A DNA stretch of 64,000 bases from Clostridia bacterium (GTDB taxonomy: Bacteria > Bacillota > Clostridia > RUG12999). The position numbers and the translations under genes are program-made. The DNA is taken from contig JAFQMF010000014.1 in assembly GCA_017396395.1 (NCBI GenBank), positions 1,884 to 65,883 of the forward strand. Reading direction: 5' to 3'. Below, one piece after another: positions 48,275 to 57,646 of the stretch (position 1 is its first letter; each line of letters opens with the position of its first letter). The notes below the pieces were generated by a model. The model worked only from the letters and a program-made list of their open reading frames with translations, was not told the origin of the DNA and searched no databases.

Positions 48275-49089
48275 CTGAAAAATTTAATAAAATCCAAATT
48301 ACCTACTATTATACATATTGCAGAGCATATACCGAAAACTAAAAATGCCTTTACATCAAGTGGGGTAATTTTAAGCTGTCTAAGCTTGGTGCGTCCTTCG
48401 CCTCCATGATATCCTCTGCATTCCATAGCAAGTGCAAGCTCGTCCGCACGGCGAAATGAGCTGATAAAAAGTGGTATTAATAAAGGAACCATAGACTTGG
48501 CCTTTTTAATAAGACCACCTGTGTCAAAATCTGCTCCTCTTGCTGACTGTGCCTTCATAATTTTATCTGTTTCTTCTACAATAGTAGGAATAAAACGAAG
48601 TGCAATAGTCATCATCATAGCAAGCTCGTGTGCAGGAAATTTTAACTTTTGAAGTGGCTTTAAAAGCCCCTCAATACCATCGGTAAGTACAATGGGAGAG
48701 GTGGTATAAGTCATAAGAGAAGTGCCTGCAACAAGATAAATAAGGCGAAGAGCCATAATAATTGTTGCATATATTCCTTCGTAAGTAATATGAAGCCAGC
48801 CGTATTTAAATACATAAGTACCGCTTGTCATAAAAAGATTAAGCACAGCAGTAAAAATTATAAAAATATAAATGGGTTTAATGCTTTTTAATATAAATTT
48901 AATTGGAATTTTAGAGGAAGAAATCAGCAGTGCAATAAAAACACCAGTAAGCAGATAACCCACAATATTATTCACAATAAAAAGTATTACAACAAGGGAA
49001 ATGGTAAGTATAATTTTTGTTCTGGGGTCAAGTCTGTGAATTACTGAATTACCCGGGATATACTGTCCCAGTGTTATATCTGAAATCAT
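48271..49089 (-). CDS. ecfT: ECF transporter transmembrane component
   Basis: HRLDPRTK, ALRFIP, AQSARG and AMECRGY motifs. Confidence 0.93.
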   Translation of the reverse strand: MISDITLGQYIPGNSVIHRLDPRTKIILTISLVVILFIVNNIVGYLLTGVFIALLISSSKIPIKFILKSIKPIYIFIIFTAVLNLFMTSGTYVFKYGWLHITYEGIYATIIMALRLIYLVAGTSLMTYTTSPIVLTDGIEGLLKPLQKLKFPAHELAMMMTIALRFIPTIVEETDKIMKAQSARGADFDTGGLIKKAKSMVPLLIPLFISSFRRADELALAMECRGYHGGEGRTKLRQLKITPLDVKAFLVFGICSAICIIVGNLDFIKFFR

Positions 49090-49095
49090 TTATGG

Positions 49096-49944
49096 TCATC
49101 CTCTCATAAGCTGTGTTATAGCGTCATATGCCATATCGGTGGTGTAAATATCATTGGAAAGTGGGTATCCTTTTTTTCGCAAAATATCCGCAAGTTTAGT
49201 AATTTGCGGAACAGATAAATGAAGATTTTCCAGTTCTTTTTCTCTGCGGAAAATTTCGCTGACGCTTCCCTCCATAGCAACAGTGCCGTCACTCATAACA
49301 ACAACTCTGTCACATATCTTTGCAACATCCTCCATACTGTGGGAAACAAGTATAACAGTAAGCTTTTGCTCCTTGTGAAGTCTGGAAATGCTGTTTAGAA
49401 TATCCTCTCTGCCTTTAGGGTCAAGACCTGCTGTTGGCTCATCTAAAATAAGCACTTTTGGTTTCATGGCAAGTATTCCCGCAATAGCAACACGTCTTTT
49501 CTGACCCCCTGACAAATCAAAGGGAGATTTATCTAATATTTCTTCTTTTAAGCCAACATAAGCTATTGACTCATATACTCTTTCACGAATTTCTCTGTCT
49601 GACAACCCCATATTTTTAGGACCGTAGGAAATATCTCCATATACTGTTTCATCAAAAAGCTGATACTCAGGGTACTGAAAAACAAGACCTACATTAAAGC
49701 GAAGATTTTTAAGGTCACCTTTGTTTTCACCCACACATTTTCCATCTATCAGGATTTTTCCGCCTGTAGGCTTTAAAAGTCCGTTAAGATGTTGAATTAA
49801 TGTAGATTTTCCCGAACCGGTGTGCCCAATAAGTCCCACAAAGCTGCCACTTTTTATTTCAAGGTTAACATTTTTAATTGCAGTATGGGAAAGGGGAGAA
49901 CCGGGCATATAAATATGTTCAAGATTTTCTATTTTAATATCCAT
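49096..49944 (-). CDS. ecfA2: ECF transporter ATPase A2
   Basis: GHTGSGKST, FQYPEYQLF, LSGGQ and DEPTAGLDP motifs; start set at ATG 49944. Confidence 0.92.
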   Translation of the reverse strand: MDIKIENLEHIYMPGSPLSHTAIKNVNLEIKSGSFVGLIGHTGSGKSTLIQHLNGLLKPTGGKILIDGKCVGENKGDLKNLRFNVGLVFQYPEYQLFDETVYGDISYGPKNMGLSDREIRERVYESIAYVGLKEEILDKSPFDLSGGQKRRVAIAGILAMKPKVLILDEPTAGLDPKGREDILNSISRLHKEQKLTVILVSHSMEDVAKICDRVVVMSDGTVAMEGSVSEIFRREKELENLHLSVPQITKLADILRKKGYPLSNDIYTTDMAYDAITQLMRG

Positions 49945-49945
49945 T

Positions 49946-50800
49946 TTATTCACCAATTTTTTTATATTTTTCAGGGTCGCCAAGAAGCTTTGAAAGTTCA
50001 TTTGCACAATCTTCTACGGTAAGCTTGTTGTATTCAAGGGCGTGTCCTGATTGTCTTAATCTGTACATAAGGTCTGTAACCTGAGGAACATCAAGTCCAA
50101 GCTCCTTTAAAAGAGCCACATTTGCAAATACAAGCTGAGGAGTATCATCTATTAAAATTTTACCATCATCAATTACAATTACCCTGTCTGCCTGAGCTGC
50201 CTCATCCATATAGTGAGTAATTAAAAGACAGGTAATTCCCTGCTCCTTGTTAAGGGTTTTTATAGCCTCAATTACTTCTTTTCTCCCACTTGGGTCAAGC
50301 ATAGCGGTAGGCTCATCGAAAATAATGTATTTGGGTGACATGGCAATAATGCCCGCAATTGCAATTCTCTGCTTCTGACCTCCTGAAAGGTTATGGGGTG
50401 CCATATCTTTTTTGTGGTACATATTAAGGGTTTTTAAAGAAAAATCAACTCTCCTTCGTATTTCGTCAGGAGCTATACCCATATTTTCAGGACCGAAAGC
50501 AACATCCTCCTCCACAACAGAAGCTACAATCTGATTGTCAGGATTTTGAAAAACCATTCCCACAGTTTTGCGAAGTGCTGCAAGAAGTTTTTCGTCCGAT
50601 GTGTCAATTCCATCCACATACACCTTCCCGCCTGAGGGAAGAAGTATGCCATTAAGCTGCTTTGCCAGAGTAGATTTCCCTGAGCCGTTATGACCCAAAA
50701 CTGCCACAAACTGACCCTCTTGTACATTTAGGTTTACAGATTTGAGTACAGGCTGAGAATTTTCTTCATATGTAAAACTAAGGTTTTTGATTTCTATCAA
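49946..50800 (-). CDS. ecfA1: ECF transporter ATPase A1
   Basis: GHNGSGKST, FQNPDNQ, LSGGQKQR and DEPTAMLDP motifs. Confidence 0.92.
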   Translation of the reverse strand: MIEIKNLSFTYEENSQPVLKSVNLNVQEGQFVAVLGHNGSGKSTLAKQLNGILLPSGGKVYVDGIDTSDEKLLAALRKTVGMVFQNPDNQIVASVVEEDVAFGPENMGIAPDEIRRRVDFSLKTLNMYHKKDMAPHNLSGGQKQRIAIAGIIAMSPKYIIFDEPTAMLDPSGRKEVIEAIKTLNKEQGITCLLITHYMDEAAQADRVIVIDDGKILIDDTPQLVFANVALLKELGLDVPQVTDLMYRLRQSGHALEYNKLTVEDCANELSKLLGDPEKYKKIGE

Positions 50801-50820
50801 TTAAGGTCCCTCCAAAGGAA

Positions 50821-51687
50821 TTATTTGTACCATCTTGAGGTAGCACCACAGGGGAGAATAAGTCCTGAAGAAGAAATAGGAAGTCCTATTTCTTCGCTGT
50901 GAGCTTCGCCGCCAAACCTTTTCTTTAAGGTAAGAGAAAGTATATTTGATACTACAATGGGTGATATACCTGTAGTATAAGAGTTTATCATAAAAAACAG
51001 GGGATTGTCTGACAAAATCTCCATACAGCTTTCAATAAGCTTAAAAAGCTCATCTTCAAATTTCCATACTTCACCATTTGGACCTCTGCCGTAGGAAGGC
51101 GGATCCATAATAATAGCATCGTATTTTCTGCCTCGTCTTTGCTCTCTTGCTACAAATTTCTGTACATCATCCACAATAAACCGTACAAATTTATCTTCAA
51201 GACCGCTGGAGATGATATTTTCCTTTGCCTGAGCAACAATACCCTTTGCTGCATCCACATGAACAACTTCCTCAGCACCTGCATATGCTGCCGCAACGGT
51301 AGCACCGCCTGTATAAGCAAAAAGATTAAGCACCTTTACAGGGCGGTTTGCACCCTTTATTTTTGAGATAATAAAATCCCAGTTTGTGCCCTGCTCGGGG
51401 AAAAGACCTGTATGCTTAAACCCCATAGTTTTAATGTTAAAGGTAAGGTTTTCGTAATTTACCTTCCAACTGTCGGGCAGAGTTCTTTTATACTCCCAGT
51501 GTCCGCCCCCTTCATTACTTCTTATGTAATGTGCATCAGCCCTTTTCCATAAAGAGGGCTGTGACTTTTCCTTCCATATAACTTGAGGGTCGGGACGGGC
51601 AAGAATAATATCTCCCCAACGTTCTAATTTTTCACCGCCACCCGCATCTATAACTTCAAAATCCTTCCATTTATCTGTAAGCCACAT
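50821..51687 (-). CDS. Class I SAM-dependent methyltransferase (RlmI/RlmK-like)
   Basis: HTGLFPEQ, VLNLFAYTGG and DPPSY motifs. Confidence 0.85.
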   Translation of the reverse strand: MWLTDKWKDFEVIDAGGGEKLERWGDIILARPDPQVIWKEKSQPSLWKRADAHYIRSNEGGGHWEYKRTLPDSWKVNYENLTFNIKTMGFKHTGLFPEQGTNWDFIISKIKGANRPVKVLNLFAYTGGATVAAAYAGAEEVVHVDAAKGIVAQAKENIISSGLEDKFVRFIVDDVQKFVAREQRRGRKYDAIIMDPPSYGRGPNGEVWKFEDELFKLIESCMEILSDNPLFFMINSYTTGISPIVVSNILSLTLKKRFGGEAHSEEIGLPISSSGLILPCGATSRWYK

Positions 51688-51830
51688 AAGTTTTTCTCCT
51701 TTTTAGGACTTTTGTACACAATAATTCATTATAATTATACCATAAATACCCTCTCGGGTCAAGAAAATGAGGCAAAAAAACATACCGAAACTGTAAAAAT
51801 AAAAAAATATGTGAAATTTTAAAAAAATAC

Positions 51831-51859
51831 TTGATTTTTGATTTTGATTGTGTTATAAT
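51831..51859 (+). promoter_or_regulatory. sigma-A promoter of rpmE
   Basis: TTGATT-17 bp-TGnTATAAT. Confidence 0.6.
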
Positions 51860-51952
51860 AGCTGATGTATGTTTTTATTGTATAATAATTATTGAATTAA
51901 TTGAGATACAATTATTAAATAATTGCAACTTTAGAAAAAGAGGTGAAAAGAG

Positions 51953-52156
51953 ATGAAGGCAGGTATCCATCCCGATTACAAAGCTACAACAATTACTTGT
52001 GCTTGTGGTGAAGTTATTGAAACAGGTTCAACAAAGGAAAACATCCGTGTTGAAATTTGTTCAAAGTGCCATCCCTTCTTTACAGGCAAACAGAAGCTTG
52101 TTGACACAGGCGGTCGTGTAGAGAAATTCAGAAAGAAATATGGCATACAGGAGTAG
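51953..52156 (+). CDS. rpmE: 50S ribosomal protein L31, Zn-binding form
   Basis: MKAGIHP, CACG and [10 protein letters not shown] motifs. Confidence 0.97.
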   Translation: MKAGIHPDYKATTITCACGEVIETGSTKENIRVEICSKCHPFFTGKQKLVDTGGRVEKFRKKYGIQE

Positions 52157-52194
52157 TAAGCAGTCGCTTTCTCTCTTACAAAATTAAAAAAATA

Positions 52195-52225
52195 CGGAGG
52201 AATGAAAAATTCCTCCGATTTTTTT
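52195..52225. terminator. Bidirectional terminator
   Basis: CGGAGGAAT...ATTCCTCCG flanked by A- and T-runs. Confidence 0.8.
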
Positions 52226-52233
52226 ATGTCTTT

Positions 52234-54669
52234 TTATAAAATTGCAACTTTGTCATCAGTAAAGTCCACTGTTACAGTACTTCCGTCACCAATGTTTTTA
52301 TCCAACATCTGCTCCGCCAAAACGTCCTCAATTTTAGACTGAATGGCTCTTTTTAAAGGTCTTGCACCATATATTGGGTCAAAGCCTTCACTGCTGATAT
52401 ACTCAATTACTTTATCTGTAAACTGTGCCTTTATGCCGTTTTCAGCAAGTCTTTTTGAAAGCCCCTTAAGTAAAAGAGCAGAAATTTCCTTAACATTTTC
52501 CTTAGAAAGTCTGTGGAAGACAATTATATCATCAAGTCTGTTTAAAAACTCAGGGCGAAAAGCTTTTTTAAGTTCGCAAAGCACATTTTCCTTAATTTTT
52601 TCATAGCTTTTATCTTCGCTTTCTTCTTCCTTAAAGCCCATACTTCTGTCATTTTCCGTAATAAGTCTTGCACCGATATTAGAGGTAAGAATTATTACAG
52701 TATTTTTAAAATCTACCTTTCTACCCTGTGCATCAGTAACGGAGCCTTCATCTAAAATCTGTAAAAGTACGTTAAATACATCAGGGTGAGCCTTTTCGAT
52801 TTCATCAAATAAGATTACGCTGTATGGCTGTCTGCGTACCTTTTCGGTAAGCTGACCCCCTTCATCGTATCCCACATATCCAGGAGGTGAGCCGATAAGT
52901 CTTGATACAGTATGCTTTTCCATATATTCTGACATATCAACACGGATAATTTTATCTTCACTGCCAAACATAGCATCTGCAAGTGCTTTGGAAAGCTCAG
53001 TTTTACCAACCCCTGTAGGGCCAAGGAATATAAAACTTCCAACAGGCCTTTTAGGGTCTTTAAGTCCTACTCTGCCTCTGCGAATTGCCTTTGCCACCGC
53101 AGTTACAGCTTCCTCCTGACCTACAACTCTGCCGTGAAGGACTGTTTCTAGGTTTTTCAGTTTTTCTCCTTCCTCCTGTTTAACCTTGCTGGCGGGGATG
53201 CCTGTCCATTGTGCGATTTTTTCTGCAATATCCTCAGAAGTTACAATAAGAGTTTGGGAAGAAGTTTTTTCCTTCCACAAAGCCTTTTCTTTTTGTAAAA
53301 CTTCCTGTTTTTGTTTTTCCTGGTCACGAATAGACGCAGCACGTTCGTAGTCCTGATTTGTAATTGCCTCTTCTTTTTCCTTGCGAAGCTTTTTAATTTC
53401 CTCCTCCATATCAGAAAGCTCAGGTGGGCAGGTCAGGGACTTAATTTTTACACCGGAAGATGCTTCATCTACAAGGTCAATAGCCTTGTCGGGCAAAAAT
53501 CTGTCAGTTATATACCTTGCAGAAAGCTTTGCTGCAGAAATAAGTGCATCATCTGTGATTTTCACCTTGTGGTGTGCCTCATATTTATCACGGATACCCT
53601 TTAAAATCTCAATAGTATCCTCTACAGTAGGCTCTCCTACAGTAACAGGCTGAAATCTTCGTTCCAATGCAGAATCTTTTTCGATATATTTTCTGTATTC
53701 GTTTATGGTAGTTGCACCAATAACCTGAATATCACCTCTTGCAAGAGAGGGCTTTAAAATATTCGCTGCATCTATAGAACCTTCTGCTGCACCTGCACCT
53801 ACAATGGTATGAAGCTCGTCAATAAACAAAATTACGTTGCCTGCGGCTTTTACTTCATCAATAGCTTTTTTAAGTCTTTCTTCAAATTCGCCGCGATATT
53901 TTGCTCCTGCTACCATAGAAGAAAGGTCAAGACAAAATACCCTTTTACCTTTTAATACTTCCGGGATATCACCTGAAACTATACGTTGTGCAAGACCTTC
54001 TGCTACGGCAGTTTTACCAACACCCGGCTCGCCGATTAAACAAGGATTGTTTTTTGTTCTTCTGCTAAGTGTCTGGACTACTCGTTCAATTTCTTCGTTT
54101 CTTCCTATAACGGGGTCAAATTTACCTTCCTTTGCAGCTTTTGTAAAATCTGTACCAAAGTTTTCAAGGGTAGGCGTGGTAGATTTACTTTCCTTTTGTG
54201 CTCCTGCAGTGCTTCCGCTTTGCTGACGGATATTTGATGAAATAACGCTGTAAAGGTCACGGACATTTATGCCCATTTCACCAAGCAGTCTCAGTGCCAG
54301 ACCTTCACCCTCCGAAATAAGAGCAAGAAGAATATGCTCGGTACCGATATATCTGTTACCCAGTCTTGCTGCCTCTTGAACGCTAAGCTGTAATACGCTT
54401 TTTGTTCGGGGGGTCATTTCCACCACTCTGCCGTTTTCTAAAGTATAGGGGTGGTTAGCATAATACTTTTCCAGTTCTTTTATAATTCTATCGTAGTTAA
54501 CTCCTTTAGCCTGCAGGATTTTACTTGCCATAGATTCGGAAACTTTGGAAAGTCCTGCTAACAGATGCTCTGTTCCAAGTACTCCGTGACCCATAGAAAT
54601 TGCACACTCCTGAGCATATCTTAAAGCCATTTCGGCTTTTTCTGAAAAATTAAAACCATTTACATACAT
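52234..54669 (-). CDS. clpC: ATP-dependent Clp protease ATPase subunit ClpC
   Basis: Two Clp-N repeats, GEPGVGKT, UVR middle domain, GPTGVGKT and GARPL motifs. Confidence 0.96.
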   Translation of the reverse strand: MYVNGFNFSEKAEMALRYAQECAISMGHGVLGTEHLLAGLSKVSESMASKILQAKGVNYDRIIKELEKYYANHPYTLENGRVVEMTPRTKSVLQLSVQEAARLGNRYIGTEHILLALISEGEGLALRLLGEMGINVRDLYSVISSNIRQQSGSTAGAQKESKSTTPTLENFGTDFTKAAKEGKFDPVIGRNEEIERVVQTLSRRTKNNPCLIGEPGVGKTAVAEGLAQRIVSGDIPEVLKGKRVFCLDLSSMVAGAKYRGEFEERLKKAIDEVKAAGNVILFIDELHTIVGAGAAEGSIDAANILKPSLARGDIQVIGATTINEYRKYIEKDSALERRFQPVTVGEPTVEDTIEILKGIRDKYEAHHKVKITDDALISAAKLSARYITDRFLPDKAIDLVDEASSGVKIKSLTCPPELSDMEEEIKKLRKEKEEAITNQDYERAASIRDQEKQKQEVLQKEKALWKEKTSSQTLIVTSEDIAEKIAQWTGIPASKVKQEEGEKLKNLETVLHGRVVGQEEAVTAVAKAIRRGRVGLKDPKRPVGSFIFLGPTGVGKTELSKALADAMFGSEDKIIRVDMSEYMEKHTVSRLIGSPPGYVGYDEGGQLTEKVRRQPYSVILFDEIEKAHPDVFNVLLQILDEGSVTDAQGRKVDFKNTVIILTSNIGARLITENDRSMGFKEEESEDKSYEKIKENVLCELKKAFRPEFLNRLDDIIVFHRLSKENVKEISALLLKGLSKRLAENGIKAQFTDKVIEYISSEGFDPIYGARPLKRAIQSKIEDVLAEQMLDKNIGDGSTVTVDFTDDKVAIL

Positions 54670-54709
54670 ATTAAATCATTCCTTTCGTGGAACAAACTTT
54701 ATTCCCGTT

Positions 54710-55264
54710 TTACAAATCCTGTATCCTTTTGATTTCATCACGATATTTTGCGGCATCTTCATATCTTTCTTCTTTTACCGCTTTTGAAATCTTTTCTGAA
54801 AGCTTGGAAATCTTATCTTCGCGGCTTTCCTCTTTTTCTTCTGCTTTTTTGCTTGCACTAACCCTTGCAAGGTCAATCTTGTCCTTGAAGGTTTCATAAC
54901 ACATAGCACAGCGGAATTTACCTGTTTTCTCAAAATCCTGCAAGGTGCCGCCACAGTAAGGACAGGAATCATTAGAGGAGGCGTTTTCAGGAAGAGTATC
55001 AAAGCTTCTTTCAAGTCCCCAAAAATCATTCATTATAGAGTCTAAAAGTGCTATTTGTTTTCTCATTCCGCCAAAAAGCGACCCGCTGAAGAAATCAGTG
55101 CCAAAAAAGTTATTTTGTATAATCTGTCTTTGACGCTGAAAATCCTCCATTACACCCATTTTGTCAGCACAGCTCTGGCAAAGATTATGCTGAGTCTTCT
55201 TACCATTTATAGTTTTTGAAAAAAATACACTTGCTTCATTTTTACCACATTTTGAACATAACAT
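54710..55264 (-). CDS. mcsA: McsA-like protein (four CxxC motifs plus UVR domain)
   Basis: CSKC, CQSC, CPYC and CAMC motifs, C-terminal E.YEDAA.YRD.I; located between ctsR and clpC. Confidence 0.85.
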   Translation of the reverse strand: MLCSKCGKNEASVFFSKTINGKKTQHNLCQSCADKMGVMEDFQRQRQIIQNNFFGTDFFSGSLFGGMRKQIALLDSIMNDFWGLERSFDTLPENASSNDSCPYCGGTLQDFEKTGKFRCAMCYETFKDKIDLARVSASKKAEEKEESREDKISKLSEKISKAVKEERYEDAAKYRDEIKRIQDL

Positions 55265-55306
55265 AACTCATTCCTCCAAATTCAATATATTTATAAAATT
55301 GCAAAT

Positions 55307-55750
55307 TTATATCAAATTAACAAGCATACTTTTAAGTATGCGTGCACGAAGAGCATCACGAAGCGGATTAGCTACGGCTATTACCTTATCTGTAATTCCG
55401 CTGCATATAAGCTTTGCTTCCTTTGGGGATATAACATCATATCCCACAAGATTTGCCACCAGTATCTTTGCGGTAGGGTAGTCAATTGTATCACCAATAG
55501 AATTTACTATGTGCATAATAGGGTTTGTGCCCTGCATAGCTATCTTTTTAATGGTAATACCTCCGCCTCCACCTCGTCGGCTTTCTACAATATAACCTCG
55601 CTCGTTTGTAAAGCGGGTTGCTATAACATAATTTATCTGAGAGGGGACACAGCCAAATCTTGAGGCAAGCTCATTTCTTTGAAGCTGTACATAATCCTCT
55701 TCTTTTAATGCCTCACTGATAAACTGTTCTATTATATCACTTATACCCAT
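55307..55750 (-). CDS. ctsR: Class III heat-shock repressor CtsR
   Basis: ISDIIE.FI, CVPSQINYV..TRF and ESRRGGGG motifs. Confidence 0.95.
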   Translation of the reverse strand: MGISDIIEQFISEALKEEDYVQLQRNELASRFGCVPSQINYVIATRFTNERGYIVESRRGGGGGITIKKIAMQGTNPIMHIVNSIGDTIDYPTAKILVANLVGYDVISPKEAKLICSGITDKVIAVANPLRDALRARILKSMLVNLI

Positions 55751-55773
55751 TTTTATTTCCTCCTAGACATTAT

Positions 55774-55803
55774 AGTCAAATTTGACTTTGACTTTCTTTG
55801 ACC
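55774..55803 (-). promoter_or_regulatory. CtsR operator
   Basis: Minus strand GGTCAAA-GAA-AGTCAAA (55787-55803) matches RGTCAAA-NAN-RGTCAAA, with further heptads at 55781-55787 and an inverted one at 55774-55780. It lies just downstream of TTGAAA-17-TATAAT (55813-55841). Confidence 0.88.
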
Positions 55804-56030
55804 TTCGGTGTTATTATATACATTTTTGTGCATTATTTCAACTATGTTAAAAGACTAAATATGCTGAAAATTTTAAATTAGGTCGTGTTTTCTTTTGATT
55901 TCTTTAAAATTCAACTACTTTTGAAGGCTATTGCAAAAATATATTTTTGTTAAAATTATCAATGGAAAAACAGACGAATTTATGTTATAATATGGAAAGA
56001 CAATGAATAAGTCAGAAAGGAAGATGTATA

Positions 56031-56957
56031 ATGAATAAGGATTTACTTTCACTTCACACACTTTCCTGTGAAGATATTTATGAAATTTTAGACCTTGCAG
56101 ATAAGCTTAAAGCAGAACATAAAGCAGGAATTGAACATCATATTTTAAAGGGCAAAACTCTGGGTATGATATTTGCAAAATCCTCTACAAGAACAAGAGT
56201 TTCCTTTGAAGTTGGTATGAGTCAGCTTGGCGGTCACGCACTTTTCTTAAGCTGTAATGATATACAGCTGGGAAGAGGAGAAACAATTTATGATACGGCT
56301 AAGGTTCTTTCAAGATTTTTAGATGGTATTATGATAAGAACTTTTTCTCAGGAGGATGTGGAAGAGCTTGCAAAACACGCTTCCATTCCTGTAATTAACG
56401 GTCTTACAGACCTTTTACATCCTTGTCAGGTTTTGGCAGATTTACAGACAATCCGTGAATATAAAGGAACACTTAAGGGTCTTAAAATGTGCTATATCGG
56501 TGACGGAAACAATATGACAAACACACTTATTCAGGGAGCTGCCAAGGTAGGTATGGATATAAGCTGTGCTTCTCCAAAGGGTTACACCTGTGATATGAAT
56601 GTTGTTATGGAAGCTGAAAAGGATGCTATTGCAATGGGCAGTAAAATTGAACTTACAACTGACCCTGAAATCGCTATTAAAGATGCTGATATAATTTATA
56701 CAGATACATGGGTTTCTATGGGACAGGAAGAGGAAAAAGCTAAGAGAATTAAGGATTTTGAAGGCTTTGAAATTACTCCCCAGCTTATGAAAAAAGCTAA
56801 GTCTGATGCAATATTTATGCACTGCCTTCCTGTTTATAGAGGATATGAAGCGTCAAGTGAAGTTGTAGATGGACCCCAGTCGGTTATTTTTGATGAGGCA
56901 GAAAACAGACTTCATGCACAAAAGGCAGTTTTAGTAAAACTTATGGGAAATAAATAA
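56031..56957 (+). CDS. argF: Ornithine carbamoyltransferase
   Basis: STRTR, HPCQ, DTWVSMG and HCLP motifs. Confidence 0.95.
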   Translation: MNKDLLSLHTLSCEDIYEILDLADKLKAEHKAGIEHHILKGKTLGMIFAKSSTRTRVSFEVGMSQLGGHALFLSCNDIQLGRGETIYDTAKVLSRFLDGIMIRTFSQEDVEELAKHASIPVINGLTDLLHPCQVLADLQTIREYKGTLKGLKMCYIGDGNNMTNTLIQGAAKVGMDISCASPKGYTCDMNVVMEAEKDAIAMGSKIELTTDPEIAIKDADIIYTDTWVSMGQEEEKAKRIKDFEGFEITPQLMKKAKSDAIFMHCLPVYRGYEASSEVVDGPQSVIFDEAENRLHAQKAVLVKLMGNK

Positions 56958-56963
56958 AAATTT

Positions 56964-56994
56964 TACGCACTCATTATGTGGGTGCGTATTTTTA
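56964..56994 (+). terminator. Intrinsic terminator
   Basis: TACGCACTCA...TGGGTGCGTA followed by a T-run. Confidence 0.7.
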
Positions 56995-57071
56995 TTACAT
57001 AACTATTAAATTTTTGAAAACCCTTTACTTTTGAAAAAAATTGTTATATACTAATAATTGGAATAAATAAC

Positions 57072-57110
57072 AGTCAGTCGCAATTACCTGACTTAAATTA
57101 AAATAAGGAG
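57072..57110 (+). ncRNA. preQ1 class I riboswitch
   Basis: AGTCAG-TCGCAATTAC-CTGACT-TAAATTAAAATAAGGAG: a P1 stem, UCGC loop and A-rich tail running into the RBS, as in the Thermoanaerobacter preQ1-I aptamer; directly upstream of queT. Confidence 0.82.
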
Positions 57111-57119
57111 ATGTTTATT

Positions 57120-57614
57120 TTGAAAAAAGGGACTTTACGGGGCATCACTACTGCTTCAGCAATTTCAGCAATTTATGTAATTTTAACGCTTTTTCCAGGG
57201 ATAAGTGTGTTATCTTTTGGACCTCTTCAGGCAAGAATATCAGAAGTACTTTGTGTTTTGCCTGTATTTACCCCCTGGGCAATACCAGGCCTTGCAGTAG
57301 GCTGTTTTGTGTCTAATATGCTGGGAAGTGTGGGTGTAGCTGATATGATTTTCGGTACTCTTGCAACACTTATCGCATCAGGCGCGAGCTATTATTTGAG
57401 AAAATATCCTCTTGGGATTTCTCTTATACCGCCGGTGCTTTTTAATGGTATTATAGTAGGAAGTATGCTCACTTTTGTATATATGAACGGAAGTAAAACC
57501 GCACTTATTTATAATATTCTTACGGTATCTGCAGGGGAAATGGCGGTGTGTTATCTGCTTGCTCTTCCTTTTGGAGTATATTTAAAAAAACATAGTAATA
57601 TTTTTAATATATAG
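57120..57614 (+). CDS. queT: QueT-family queuosine-precursor ECF S-component
   Basis: AIYVILT, SFGPLQARISE.L..LP, GL..GC...N and DMIFGTLAT motifs. TTG 57120 is favoured as start by RBS spacing, because ATG 57111 abuts the RBS. Confidence 0.85.
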   Translation: MKKGTLRGITTASAISAIYVILTLFPGISVLSFGPLQARISEVLCVLPVFTPWAIPGLAVGCFVSNMLGSVGVADMIFGTLATLIASGASYYLRKYPLGISLIPPVLFNGIIVGSMLTFVYMNGSKTALIYNILTVSAGEMAVCYLLALPFGVYLKKHSNIFNI

Positions 57615-57646
57615 TAATTATTTATGGCAGAAATGGAGATTTTTGT

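Noticed and set aside
51880-51930. AT-rich palindrome CAATTATT-A-AATAATTG upstream of rpmE as a Zur/Fur box or L31 leader
   Set aside because: This L31 is the Zn-binding form, which is not normally Zur-repressed, and such palindromes arise easily in very AT-rich DNA; support is insufficient.
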